Shown: positions 11,101 through 22,752, counted from the first letter of the stretch. The stretch: DNA of 26,761 nt from Gonapodya sp. JEL0774 (GCA_027604505.1 JADIIX010000013.1:248001-274761); one strand, 5' to 3'. Translations and numbers: made by a program. The notes: generated by a model from the sequence alone, not told the origin.

Positions 11101-11780
11101 CCCAAGTCCAACCGAGACGGGCACGCAAAAGGAACCATCTCGCGAGCTTCGAGGAAACGGGTCAAGGTACCTCAACTCCAGCGGATGTATCAGAGTCGCA
11201 ATTGAGACTGGAAAAAGCTCATCTCATACTGGATGCAGAAGTGGACAATGTGTCGCGATTGGACGCAGAGTCTCGTACGCCATCAAATGCGCATCTTCTC
11301 GCGGCGAGAGTGCGGCAAAAGAAGGCAACCACCGATATCCAGGAACTTAAGGAACTCAAGGGACCGTCCGGGCGAAATATAACGGCCGGACAAGAGAACG
11401 AGGAGATGGTTTTGGTCGTTCCTAGTAGGATACCTGAAGCCGAATCAGCACCACCGATCGCCGCGAAAGTAAGAAAAGGAAGGACACGACAAGTGAATGC
11501 AGTGGCAGCAGCGAGCAATCACAACACGGACAGTTCACCGACCGGCGAAAGTATAGCAGCCGATAGTGGGATACCTGAAGCAGCAATCACAACAAGAAAA
11601 CGACGAAGAGGAACATCAGGGGATGAGGACGCAGTGGCAGCAGCGTACGATGATAGCACCGACAGCGCAAGAAAGAGCGAATTGATGGGAGATGCTGATT
11701 TACAGATACCAGAATCCAATCCAGCAGCAACGAGGACAAGGAAACGACGAAGAGTTCAGGTGACGAGGCCAAGCGAGTGA
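8114..11780 (+). CDS. GEN1/Yen1-like XPG/Rad2-family (Holliday junction resolvase-like) protein with an apparently degenerate active site and a long basic/acidic disordered tail. Proposed exons: 8114-8136, 8227-8365, 8526-11780.
   Basis: The spliced N-terminus MSQGPIQSLWPLLNPVA resembles the MGIxGLWxLL start of the family. XPG-N: AAINLSEW...PQLRSFIARCAHLSRLGLRAAFVAD. XPG-I: VAKAFGFPVLE. H2TH: LGLDRPSLIL...AGTD...GAGHVIALGLAKSGFGTSL. Fungal Yen1-type segment: WRDDLAAELASNSLGLLPRR...FPN. Chromodomain-region-like segment: ...VAMPEVLARFE. Confidence 0.8.
10263..10586 (+). repeat. Coding tandem repeat, 4 x 81 nt (27 aa: TVKKPRARRIKSVEVDSMETPLPELPK)
   Basis: Units begin at 10263, 10344, 10425 and 10506 and are near-identical at the nucleotide level. 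Confidence 0.95.
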
Positions 11781-12157
11781 CTCCTCGCGAATTTGTGGGG
11801 CCTCCGTTGAGGAAAAGTCTGAATGTCAAACAGCTGAGAACGAAAGGCACGAAGCCCGAGGATGGACGCACATTCACGAGAACTTGTTATGAGTGTTCCG
11901 ATGCACATTGTACTATTTGTGATATGCAAGGGGTCACCGCGCGGAGAGTGTCTTTGTAGATATTGACAGGACAGAGCACTGTAAATATGATTGGTCATCC
12001 ACATGGAATTATGTCCGAGTTCAGTGCAGATTGAGGCACATGGAACGTGAAGTTTTGTTTGGGGCGAATTGCACGCGGAAGAACGCGCCATTTGGTTTTT
12101 CAAGCGAATAAATGAGAATAGATATTCAAGAAACTAATTACAAGGTGAAACGGGCCA

Positions 12158-14519
12158 CTAAGCATCGCCTGAAGCAGCCGCTTTCCTGGCCTTGATAGCC
12201 TTCTGCCATCGGTCCTCAATAATCACGAGGGCAATGCAGAGTGTGGAAAGTCCGGCACAGATCGCAAAAGCAGGAATGTACCGTGTAGCCTAAAGACATT
12301 GAAGACAATCTTATGTAAACGAAACAATACTCGCAACAAAAACTTTTAACTCCGCAACTTACCCAGTCAGAGCGGAACATAAAGGTTGATACGGCTCCAC
12401 CAATGTTACCGAAGGAGTTCATGAGACCAGTGGCGACAGCGTTACCAGTGGTTCCGGTGGCAGTTCCCGTTCTGATAAGAGGTTCCAACATCAATTGAGA
12501 GAACAAATGCGAAGTGCCATGTCAACTTACCGCCAAGCCCAAACGAGGGGAATGAAAGTGGCGGAACCGCAGCATGCAAGGACTTTGAAAGAGATATTTC
12601 CTTATCAATACATTGATCAGGCAAATGAGGTGTGCAGGATTCACTACACTCACAGCAGGCGAAGTAGAGAGCACCAGTGTTTGATCCACCCGGAGGAATG
12701 ACGGCGAACATGATCAAGGAGAGGAGGAAGATACCCTCCACAGCCACCAAGTGCATAACTCGCTCCTGGGTGCGGTCAGAGTCTGCGGACGAGGAAAGTG
12801 AGTTCAATACAAAGTGGCCACAACGTTGAACCACCCACTGTAAGTGACGGCAAGAGAGAAGAACCATGCGGCAATCCAGGGAGGAACACTGAGAAGAAGA
12901 GCAGTGGCGGACGTGTATCCCATGTTCTTGATGATTGTAGGAAGCCAGAAGGTGAAAGCGTAGGCAGCCAAGACATCCGCCAGGTCTGGGAGATGCAAGT
13001 AGCGGTGAGATTTTGTCAAACGTCATCCAAAAACAAAAATCTAGACCCACAAAGAGCGGACATGATGTACGAGTGGGGGTCCTTCAAAACAGCAATGAAC
13101 TCGTCATAGTCAAAGTGCTTCGCGTGCGCAGAGGGGGCGCTGGAACCAACGCGGGCCTCGGCCCACGCCTTCTCCTCCTCGGTAAGCCAGGAAACAGTGT
13201 GAGGGTACTAACACATTACAGCAAGTAAGAACAGAGATTCAAAAAAGTTTGGAGGAGAGCTACTCACGTTAGGGAGGACAAACCAAGTAAGGACTCCGAA
13301 GATAATAGAAGGACCGCCCTCAACTGATCCACGAGAGAAATGCATTCTCAGAGTCCAGCGCAGAGCTAATCGTACCAAATCAACTCACACAGGAAGATCC
13401 ATCGCCAACCCGCCCATCCACCGATCCCGTTCATGAACGAGATGGCGTATGCGAGGAGACCACCAAAGGCACCGGCGAGGTTTGCAGAGCAGTAGAAGAC
13501 GGAACACCGCATGGCAAATTCCTTTTGTGTGTACCAGATCGAGAAGTAGAACATCATTCCTGTGAAACGACAGGTTAAGGTGACGTTGAAGTAATCCCAC
13601 GTCGATTGTTTGTGTCACTTACCGGGGTAGTATCCAGCCTCAGAAATACCGAGGAACAGACGGCACAAGCAAACAGAGAGGAGGTTGTGGCAGAAGCAGA
13701 GGCAAGTGGCGCAAATACCCCACTGTGTTACGAAAAGAGAGTTCAAGACACTGACGAAGGGGAACATAAATATCCACCATTACTTACGCTGACCATGATC
13801 CGGGACATCCAGCGAGCAGGGCCGACACGTTTGATCATAAGGTTGGCAGGGATCTCAAAAATAACTGTAATCGAGAGGACGATGTTGGTCAATAAAGACG
13901 GGGCAAAGTGAGCGCCACGAGGAAAGTGACAACAGACCATATCCAATAAAGAAGACAGAAATTGCAAGCTGCCAATCCGAGTCAGTCAAGTTTAATTCCG
14001 TGAGAACATCGGCCTTGATATCGTTGTTGGCAATCTTCACAGAGCCCATGTTGGTACGGTCAAGGTACTGTGGGTGGATGCGTTAATGTCGAACGATTAA
14101 GCCCCAAGGAATCAAGTCTTTCTACGTGGGCTCAGAGCTTACGTTGAGAAGGTAGAGCCATGCAGACTGCGGAGAAACAGATCAGACGGGAAAACAAGTT
14201 GCGGATGATTCCAAAAGAAGGACCTACCCAAGGGAGGATGTGCATGTCCATTCTTCATTTGGGGAGTCGCCAGAGAGAATAAGGTCAAATAGAAGAGTGA
14301 AGGCATGGTGGATTGGGAGGAGGGCGACAGTTCGGCAACGAGGCGATTCGACGAGACGGGCGTGAAACAGTAAGTAATCGTGTCCAGATCGGATCGCCCA
14401 AAAGACCATCAAACAACGCACTTCCAAACAACAGCCTTCTGGTGCTCGGGAGAGAGTGTGGTGACCAGCTTCTCATCGCCCCCGGTGAGCTTCACTTCCT
14501 CCGCCTTCGTTTCTGCCAT
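12158..14519 (-). CDS. MFS transporter, anion:cation symporter (allantoate permease Dal5/Tna1-like) family; about a dozen short introns
   Basis: ATG at 14519 (MAETKAEEVK...). Motifs YLLN|YLDRTNMG, FEIPANLMIKRVGPARWMSRIM, LFLGISEAGYYPG, WYTQKEFAMR, GGWAGWRWIF, FTFWLPTIIKNMGY and NSFGNIGGAVSTFMF. Stop TAG at 12160-12158. Confidence 0.92.
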
Positions 14520-15276
14520 GACTGAGAGAGATCGCAGAGATTACGGGGAAGAAGGTGTTGTGTGTCGAAACTTCGGAAGATGGACGAAAAGGGCGAAGCT
14601 TTGACCTGTCGGGAAGGCGGCGACAGAGCTTTTAAAACGAATTCGGAAGCCCTCAAATTGAGGGTCGTGACGCCTCACCGTGGGAGACGAATCAAAGCGC
14701 AAAAAGCGGAGCACGTATTTGCCCGAGAATCACCATTTCACAAATGGAACAGCGAAAAATTCGTACGAAGTGTCTGAGAGCAATCTGCTTTGTTTCCCAT
14801 TGATTTCTTCCCGCGAAGTGCTTGTCACCCTCAGACCACCCCAAAACCCTCCCAGTTGCTGCGGTATATATACAGAACAAGCTGTATATACACAGATTGG
14901 GCACAACTTTCTTACAAGCCTCAGGATGGCGGTAAACCATGCAAGAGAAAAGATTTTCAGAGCTTCGTTTCCGGCCTATTCGGCGATTCCGATGCAACTT
15001 GTCCCGTTTGTCTGTTTTGAGGCAAAAGCACCGAAGGCAGTGGACCCTATTCGAGATCCTTTTGCACCCTCCTCATCGGGGTCGGGGGAGAGATGAGGAG
15101 GATGAGGATGAGGATGATCACGCGATAAATTGACTCTTTTCCGACACCGCCAATTCGCCGAAACTTCACCGTGGACAGTTCGATGGCGAATCCGAGTACA
15201 TTAGAGATATTTTGAACATTCTGATACGATTGATGGACGTGGCTCCTGTATATCCGTATGGGTTGCCATGTTGATC

Positions 15277-15303
15277 ATATATACATATATATATATATGT
15301 ATA
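15277..15303. repeat. Imperfect (AT)n microsatellite
   Basis: atatatacatatatatatatatgtata. Confidence 0.85.
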
Positions 15304-16489
15304 CGGTGCCTCTCGGACTTGGACAACCTGCCCCCCTCGTACCTTTCCCCTAATTTCACTGTATGTACCCGCCGCCGATGGTAATGGCACTGCTTTTATC
15401 GCGAGTGGGGGAAGGTCGATGATAAGGCAGGCATGCCGCTCTGCCTGTGCTTGCGCGAAGGAGCGTCCCAAGGCAGAATCAGGTAGGGGCCCCATCACCC
15501 ACAGCACTCGGAACACCGACAGACAGGTGGTCGGGGGAGCGGAGAGCACCGTGCAAACTGACTGACACAGCTTGTGGAAAGCGCACGCAGTTACCGGTGT
15601 TTCAAATCACGGGGATTGCCGCAATCAGTGTGAGTCTGCCTGCCTGCCTGTCTCCCGGCGACAGTCCAAACGCACGCACCTTCTACAACTCCCCAAGCCT
15701 TCCGCGCGAACCTGCCACGAGCCAACGGACTCACAGCGGCTGTGCCATTCAAGCTCACTCGGCCACGGGTCAGTCGTATTGTCCCGGTGCTGGCCGACTT
15801 GGGAGGCGGCCGGCCCGTCTTCATGTTGCCACTCGCTTCACTAGTTGGCGCAGGTCGTGGTGTGCAACTTATGTATCATGTACACATCCCACCATCGCAA
15901 ATTGAAAGCAACTGCCATCTCGTTCGTTCGCGCTTCAGGCATCAATCACCGTTGGACAACTGACAACTCTGTTCAATGATCGGTTCTTATTGAATACTAC
16001 AACGAGGACACATTCCTCGACGACCCCGCTTCCACGTTCCATCCCTTGTTCCCCTCCCCCCCCTCCCCCCCCCCGCTCGAAGGTTACGCACCCACGTCCC
16101 ATACATTCACGAAAGTATGGACCATATGCACATAAATTCTCGACACGCGATCATCAGAGCTCCGGCAAACACCAGAAAACTCCTCACCGGTCAGGTGCTG
16201 CTGCCTCATCCTGTGATCTGCTGTGGGATACCCTATGCGCTGCTCCCCCGCCTCGGGATATTCCAAATCATCCGGGGTTCCGCCGCCGGCCGGAGGGGGG
16301 TTGACCACTTTTAAAACAGACCGGGGGATTTTTGGATGTGTGCGCGAGGAAAGAGTAAAGGTAGATAAATAGGTGTTCTGACGAAGAGGACGGGGAATCG
16401 AGGGTGATCACACGAAAGTGACCACAACCGTTCGACCCGCCATCACCACATTCTCAAAGCGAGCAAACCCAGCGGATTTTTTGTGTGCA

Positions 16490-16712
16490 TTTTTTTTTCT
16501 TACCCCGAAACTGCGCGTTTTGTCTGTTCCCGCTTTTCGCCGCGGGAAGCTGCCTGTTATCCTTCCCGCCGTCTCCGGGGGAACCGTTCCCGCCCCGGAG
16601 TGTCAACGTCTCCGCCAATATACCCCCGCGCAAGGGGGTGATCCAGGAATATAATAATAATAACGATGAAAAAAAAAGGTCCGTCAGAGCGAGATGGGCG
16701 CTACGCGGGAAA
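16490..16712. promoter_or_regulatory. Putative regulatory element: cluster of five TTCCCGC/GCGGGAA motifs with T9 and A9 tracts
   Basis: TTCCCGC at 16527, 16563 and 16587. GCGGGAA at 16542 and 16705. T9 at 16490-16498 and A9 at 16669-16677. The function is inferred only. Confidence 0.3.
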
Positions 16713-17571
16713 CGGTTTGACGTGTTGGGGTGGTGGAGAAGGGGAAGTGTGGAGAGGTATGAATATGTATGGATTGAACAGGGAAGGAAAAGGGAGATTC
16801 CGCTCATGTTCCCGGCGTATCGCTGGATGCACCGGCACGGAGTATTATTACTTCTCATAAACAATGTATCCATCATTTACGTACACATCACCATCGCGAC
16901 AGACTTCATCCATAAATGTGGGCCACCACATCCCCAAATCCCCACCCCCCACCGGGCTGGCACAGCGGCAATCCCCGAGTCCCGACGGCAGACGAGCGGC
17001 CAGAGTGCTTGTGCCCTCTCCCCTGCACAAACGTACGCACTTCACAACCACGGTTCACGATCCCATGATTGAGACGTACGTGTGAAACGGAAACCCCACA
17101 TATACAAACATACCTGTGGCGAAAGGCTCCTAGGAGCAACCGAAACGTCCCACGAGTCATACTGGCCCCTTCCTTGCTTGCGGTTGAGGGAGACTGGACT
17201 TCTCGCGGGGTGAGGAGGAATTGCTGGGAAGGGGGGATAGGGTGGCTCGGGATGGGTAGAGGATGACCCATGAGGAAATATACACAGAGGATGGCGATCG
17301 TCGTGTGTGGCAGACCCAAGGTGGGGTATCTTCCATGTCATCCGAGTCCGCGCCGTATCAACAAGGCACACCACGAGAGATGAACCCAGCAGTGCGTCGT
17401 ACGTGGGGCGAGCGAGGGGCAGTTCACAGGTGGGTGGAACAGTAACAGGGATCTGCACGCGGGGACGGAGGCGGGAGGCGGGAGGACTGACGGGAGGTGG
17501 GGTAGGCAGGGCAGGCGGGAGGCGGGAAGTCGTGGAACGGCGGCGGTGATTGAGATGCTAGAGGGTCGAAG

Positions 17572-17593
17572 AGGGAGTGGGGAGCGGGGAGTG

Positions 17594-17625
<32 letters not shown>
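17572..17625 (+). repeat. Heptamer tandem repeat (GGGGAGT)~7.5, G-quadruplex-capable
   Basis: Seven consecutive RGGGAGY units plus a partial unit. Confidence 0.9.
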
Positions 17626-20600
17626 CGGCGGCGCCGCCCGCCCGAGGTGGGCCGTGATCCGTCGGGTGAGGGAGCTCGGCGACCAGGGTGCGGATGTGGA
17701 GGGAGAGAGGAGGTGGGGGTTGGTGGTGGGAGTTGGGCAAGAGCGGGGACGTGTGCCGGTGTGGAGGGGATTGGGGATGGACATGACCTGCGGAGGGGCG
17801 AGGGAGGGGTGAGCGGGGCAGAGTGGGGAAAGGGCCCTTAGCTCTTGGCTCCATTTGATGCGCTCCATGTGTGCAATGTAGTACGTGGGACATACCGTCG
17901 GAGGGTGAATCGCGATTGTTGAGGGTCACGTGTGGTGCCGATCCCGATCCCGATCCCCTCACTCGGTGCAAGATCGCACACGATCGCGGGTTCACACTCT
18001 CGTGAGGACTGGTGGTGGGTTCACTGTCACTTGACTGGTGGGAGGTGCGAGCTCAAGGGTGCGAGAGTACATGCGCGCCTGCCCCCTGGGAACAACAGCA
18101 GCGGGGTTTGTTTCCCCTGAGAATGCCAAGCCCACGCTACACATATTGCACTCTTGTACTTCAATGAACCCGCACGATTATGGAGTGTGTGGTGTCGGAG
18201 AGCTGGAGTTTTGCGGGAGTTGGTGGTACCTGGTGCCGTGGTGTGGGCCAATGTGGATCATGCAGGGAATAATGGACGTGGCAATTCATATAAGATGTGG
18301 TACGTAATATGTATGCTCTGAGGTATTATAAGAGAGAGAAAGACTAGCCTGCTGCCATCCCATTCTCCAACCTGGCGTCCGTCATCCTCTCCAGAAACCA
18401 CGGCCCCGCGACTCCCTCGTCCAGCTGGTGGCCCGCCAAACTTGACGTTGAACGACGCTTGATCGACCAACTGAGACGAGCAGATGCCCCAAACGGCAAC
18501 AAGACGTGGAACTGCTGCAGTGTTTTTTTTGCACTGGACCTCATTTCGGTTGTGTCAGAGCGCGACGGGGGGCGAGCGAACGGGGGGTTGGGTTGAGAGA
18601 TGAACCAACAGACTTGTCACTTGCAGCTCTCCCATTCCGCCCCTCCACCTCCGTCACCATGACGTGCTCGCCTCGCCTTGCTTACTTCGCATCCCGCGAC
18701 TCGTTCTTCGTACCCTATTTGAAATGACGTTCAAACCGTGAGGTGAGTCATGGATCTGGGAGCCGGCCACGCTATGACGGCTTGGTTGCTGGTCGTCACG
18801 ACGGAACGTGCATGTATGTGTACGGGGTCACCAGAAGCGGGGCGAGCTTGGCCGCGGTGAGGTTTTCTGAGTAGTTCTTTTGCTCGGAGAAGTTGTTTTG
18901 AGCAATGCGATGAGCTTTGTGCCGATGTTGTGCAGGTATGTAACAGAGCAAGTACATATCAGATTTGGACGTGAGGGGACAGAACCGATACCGACTGTTG
19001 ACCCCGCCCCGCATACTACCAACAATCGGGAATCACCGCTCCATGAATCGTGACACTTGTACTCGACCTGGTCTGAGCGAAAACCGTGCAGCTGTGGCCG
19101 GAACAAGCAAGGTGTACCCACCTGTATTGGTTCTCGTCCTCCCCATTTCGCTCCTCTTGGCTTTGGTTTCAGGGAGCGGGGTAGCTGGCGGTATGAACAA
19201 CTGGGAAGTGGAGATTCAACGTTTATATGTAACATCGTGCATGCCAGAACCTGTCTTTGCACAAAGTCACGAATTCTTCAGAATCATATGGTGCTATATA
19301 CCAAATGAGAAATTTTCTTCGCGCAACTGGTAGAACAGGAAAAAGGGGTGGGGGTGCCACTGCCGGTAGAGTGACGTCACACAAAACAGACATGGTAGTT
19401 CTCCTTGCACCAGACGCGCCAAGCTCCAATTTTCACAGCATCTCGTACAATTTACATGCAAGACTACATGTTGCGGGGGGACAAAAAGCGAAAATTATTC
19501 TCGACGGTGCCTTGGATGGCGAAAGCAACCCCGGCTGAGCTCTCCTGACGAGACCAACGTGTCTGGCCACTTTTTTATTGAGCATGTTCGAAAAACCGAA
19601 CCGCTACCTTTAGACACTATCGAAACGTGCATGCTTCCCGATCACTGTTGACAGATGTCTTGGTGCCGAGATCTGCGTGGGGATCGCTTCCCTGCAAACC
19701 GCTAACCCACGGTGCAGGAAACCGCACACCACCATGGACACTCCAGACTTGGCCCACGGCATTCAAATGCATATGAAGTCTGCGTGAGGACGCACATCAG
19801 GGCGATTGGGCGGTGGCCATACGACGGAAATTCGTGATGTATTTGGACGTGATCGGAACTGGCCTGCGCCGGATGTTTGATCCATCGGTCTTTCTCAGGG
19901 CCACCCCGCCTCACCTACAAAGCAAAACCCAGAACAAAAAGCTCGAAGCAGCCCTGTCTGGACAACGCAATGAGGTCTGGCTTTTCTGTTTGTCATCACC
20001 TGCTCTGATATCCGCGTGGCTGGAACTTCCTGAGTCTTCAAAATTGGTCATTCGCGGCCTTGAATATATGTTGATGTTCTTACTGTGGTAGAGCAACATA
20101 TATCGAGGGTGTTTCTGGGGGGGTACGTTTTGTTGAGAGTGTACGTACATACCAACTTGTTGACACCAAGATAGCTCGTTTGGGGAACTGGAGGTGTACG
20201 ATAATGTCAAAACGGCATAGAGACAACGGGTGCGGATGGGAATGGTGGAGATGTGCTAGGGGGGATGTGTGGGTAAGATGGAGTGGGTGGATTCGGTGAT
20301 CTACGGAGATCGTCAGGAGTGAAGAATCCATCACCAACCATGACTTTTTACGCACCATTAGACCCACATGATTGATTTTGTTAACCGACGCCGAAGAAAG
20401 TTACTGTTCCGGTGACGGGAGACTCGTGATGGGGTTCATTCGACGATGCACCAGTGGCATCGAGGTCAGAAGATAAACTCCTCACCAACCCGGTCGCAAT
20501 TCTTACCATCCACAAGCCATCCACTGCAGCCTGTCAACGCCTAATTCACTTACAGTGGACCCGGCCCTCGTTTCATCTGCGATCCCTGGCGGCAGTTCGC

Positions 20601-20718
20601 GATAAGGGAGGGAAAGAAGGAAGGCAGAGCAGTTGAAATAGATAGGAATGATTGGGAAAAGGGGAATCAGCAGTGGGGTGATGAAGATGGGGGCGATGAA
20701 GAAAGGGGGGAAGTGGGG

Positions 20719-22752
20719 ATGGGGAGAGGTGGGTGGGGAGAAGGGGGGAGGGAGGGGGAGAGGGTCAGAGAGAGGGGAGAGGGGAGAGCGACACGACACA
20801 ACTCACCCGGCAACACGCGGCAACTCCACCCCCAACCCCCCCAGTGCAGGATCCGCGTGTCTGCACTCAGACCCAGCACGGTGGCCACCACCCAACTCTC
20901 CACTCGCCCCATCCACTCTCCCCTCCTCCCATCCCACCCCTTCCACCCTCCACTCCCATCCCATCCCACTCTCCCTCCACTGCCACTCTCCCCACTCCCA
21001 CCCATACACACTCCTAACCCTCTCAACCCTCCACCACATCCCAGAATCCTCTCCAGACTCGCCTCTTCTTCCGCAATCCCCCCGCACCTCCTCTCCCCAT
21101 CCCCACACCCCCAACTCTCTCCCAACCTCATCTCCCTCAGACTCCACTCCGACTCCGCACTCGCTGCTCTCGAAGCTGGCGACCCCCGTCTCGCCCTCCA
21201 TGAGTTCACATCCGCTTTCAACGTCTTTCCCAACCCCGACGCCGCATTCAACGCTGGAAACTGCGCGGCCCAGATCGCAGACTGGAACCTCGCCCGTTCA
21301 TGGTGGCAAAAGAGCCTCGACATGAACCCGAACCAGCCTGACGTCCACGTCAACCTCGCAAATCTCTGTGCGTATCAAATCACATGTTCCGTATGTCCGT
21401 CCATATCTTGCGTATGGATGGGTTCATTAGCGAGATGTTCTTGTTTCTTCTTCTTCTTTATTTTTTTTTTTTCGTTTTTCCCCTTTTTTTTTGTTCGTGT
21501 TTTTTTCGTTGTGGGGGACTCCTCATGCAATGATGATTGTGGTGTCAAGCGGATGGTCGTTGCCAAGCGGATGGTCCCCTCCCGCCCACATGAACGTGTT
21601 CAGTGGCGCGGACGGAGACGGAGACGGAGACGGGGACGGGGACGGGGACACGAGAGAACCTACCGTGTTGCGGTCGTCCCACCCCGTCCAGGCACCCCGC
21701 GTTCGTTCGCGTGGTCAGAGGTAGGCCGACCGCCTCCACCGAGGACCAGAGTACTGGTCAAGGGTCGACGGTGGAGGGTCGAGTATTGCGGGTCCAGCTG
21801 GGGTCGTCGTCACCACGACGGATCGAACCCATGGCCAATGTCCAATCCGGGAGAGTCCGCCCCGCCCGCGACTCGCACACCCATAAGCAAACCACCACAT
21901 CCCTGGCGTCGCAACAACGTACCACCGTGCGCACTCACCCGTTTCCCCCATCCCATCCCCCCCGCCCACCCCCCGCCCCGTAGACGCCCTCCGCCCCCCC
22001 CGCTCGCTCGCCCTCGCCCTCTCCCACCTCCGCGCCGCGCTCCGCCTGTCCCCCGACGACCCCGAGATCATGTTCAACCTCGCGGCCGTGTTGGAGGCCA
22101 AGGCTGGGGCCGGTGCCGGCGGTCGGGACGGTGGGGGTGGGGATGGACAATCGGAGCAGGGAAAGGAGGGGGAGGGGCAGAGGGAGGGGGACCCGGAACA
22201 GGCCATGAGGGAGATGGAGGAGGCCGAACGGTGGTACGCGGAGGCGGAGGGGAGGGGGGTGGAGAGTGAGTTTTTTGTTTGGGGGGGGGGGGGAGGGTGC
22301 AGGGACAGAAGTCGGTGATTCATGCCCGGTGCGGTGCGCGGGGGTTCACATAACGTGCGACCCGGGGTGCCAGGAGCGTGGGACGGTGGGATGGTAAGAC
22401 GGTATACGGTGGCCCTGGTAGGGGAAGAGTGCAAAGTACAGAGGGCAGAGGGATAGAGAGAGGTCAGAGGGCAGAGAACACAAGGGGCCCGGACCCGTCG
22501 GGGATGGCGGCCGTCGGCCGTGGTGCGGGGTCGGGGTGGGGGTGGAGGAGGAGGTGGTGGTGTCGGGCGGGCGTGACTCGGGACTCACCAGACACTATGT
22601 GTACCCCAACCCCTGCAACCCCCTCCCACACCCCACACCCCACCCGGACAGAATCCCACGCCAACCTACGCAACCTGCGTGCGAAACTGGACGCGAAGCG
22701 GATGGAGAGGGACGCGAGGGGGAGGGAGAGTGGTGGAAGCGGGAGTGGGTAA
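20719..22752 (+). CDS. Tetratricopeptide-repeat (TPR) protein with an uncertain 5' end. Supported exons: ...-21367, 21984-22265, 22652-22752.
   Basis: TPR motifs: ALAALEAGDPRLALHEFTSAF..PDAAFNAGNC...ARSWWQKSLDMNPNQPDVHVNLANL|YAL...ALSHLRAALRLSPDDPEIMFNLAAVLEA...AERWYAEAEGRGVE|KSHANLRNLRAKL. Phase-compatible splice sites (GTGCGT 21368/TAG 21983; GTGAGT 22266/CAG 22651). Stop TAA at 22750-22752. The start codon at 20719 is only a candidate. Confidence 0.78.
21610..21648 (+). repeat. Hexamer tandem repeat (GGRGAC)~6 inside the TPR intron
   Basis: ggacggagacggagacggagacggggacggggacgggga. Confidence 0.85.

Noticed and set aside
14867..14890. 9-bp hairpin TATATACAG-aacaag-CTGTATATA upstream of the MFS gene
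   Set aside because: It is mostly TA dinucleotides, so the self-complementarity is expected by chance.
19515..19570. CGAAA and CTGACGA words suggesting a hammerhead ribozyme
   Set aside because: There is no room for stem I between the putative cleavage triplet and CTGACGA, and the stem after CTGACGA is not followed by GAAA.
19811..19930. GGCCATAC start reminiscent of 5S rRNA
   Set aside because: The downstream sequence lacks the conserved 5S motifs and terminal helix.
20648..22434. Long overlapping Pro/Gly/Arg-rich ORFs (225, 228, 518 and 239 aa)
   Set aside because: These are products of stop-poor GC-rich low-complexity DNA. Only the TPR-encoding parts are supported, and the 518-aa ORF reads through an intron.
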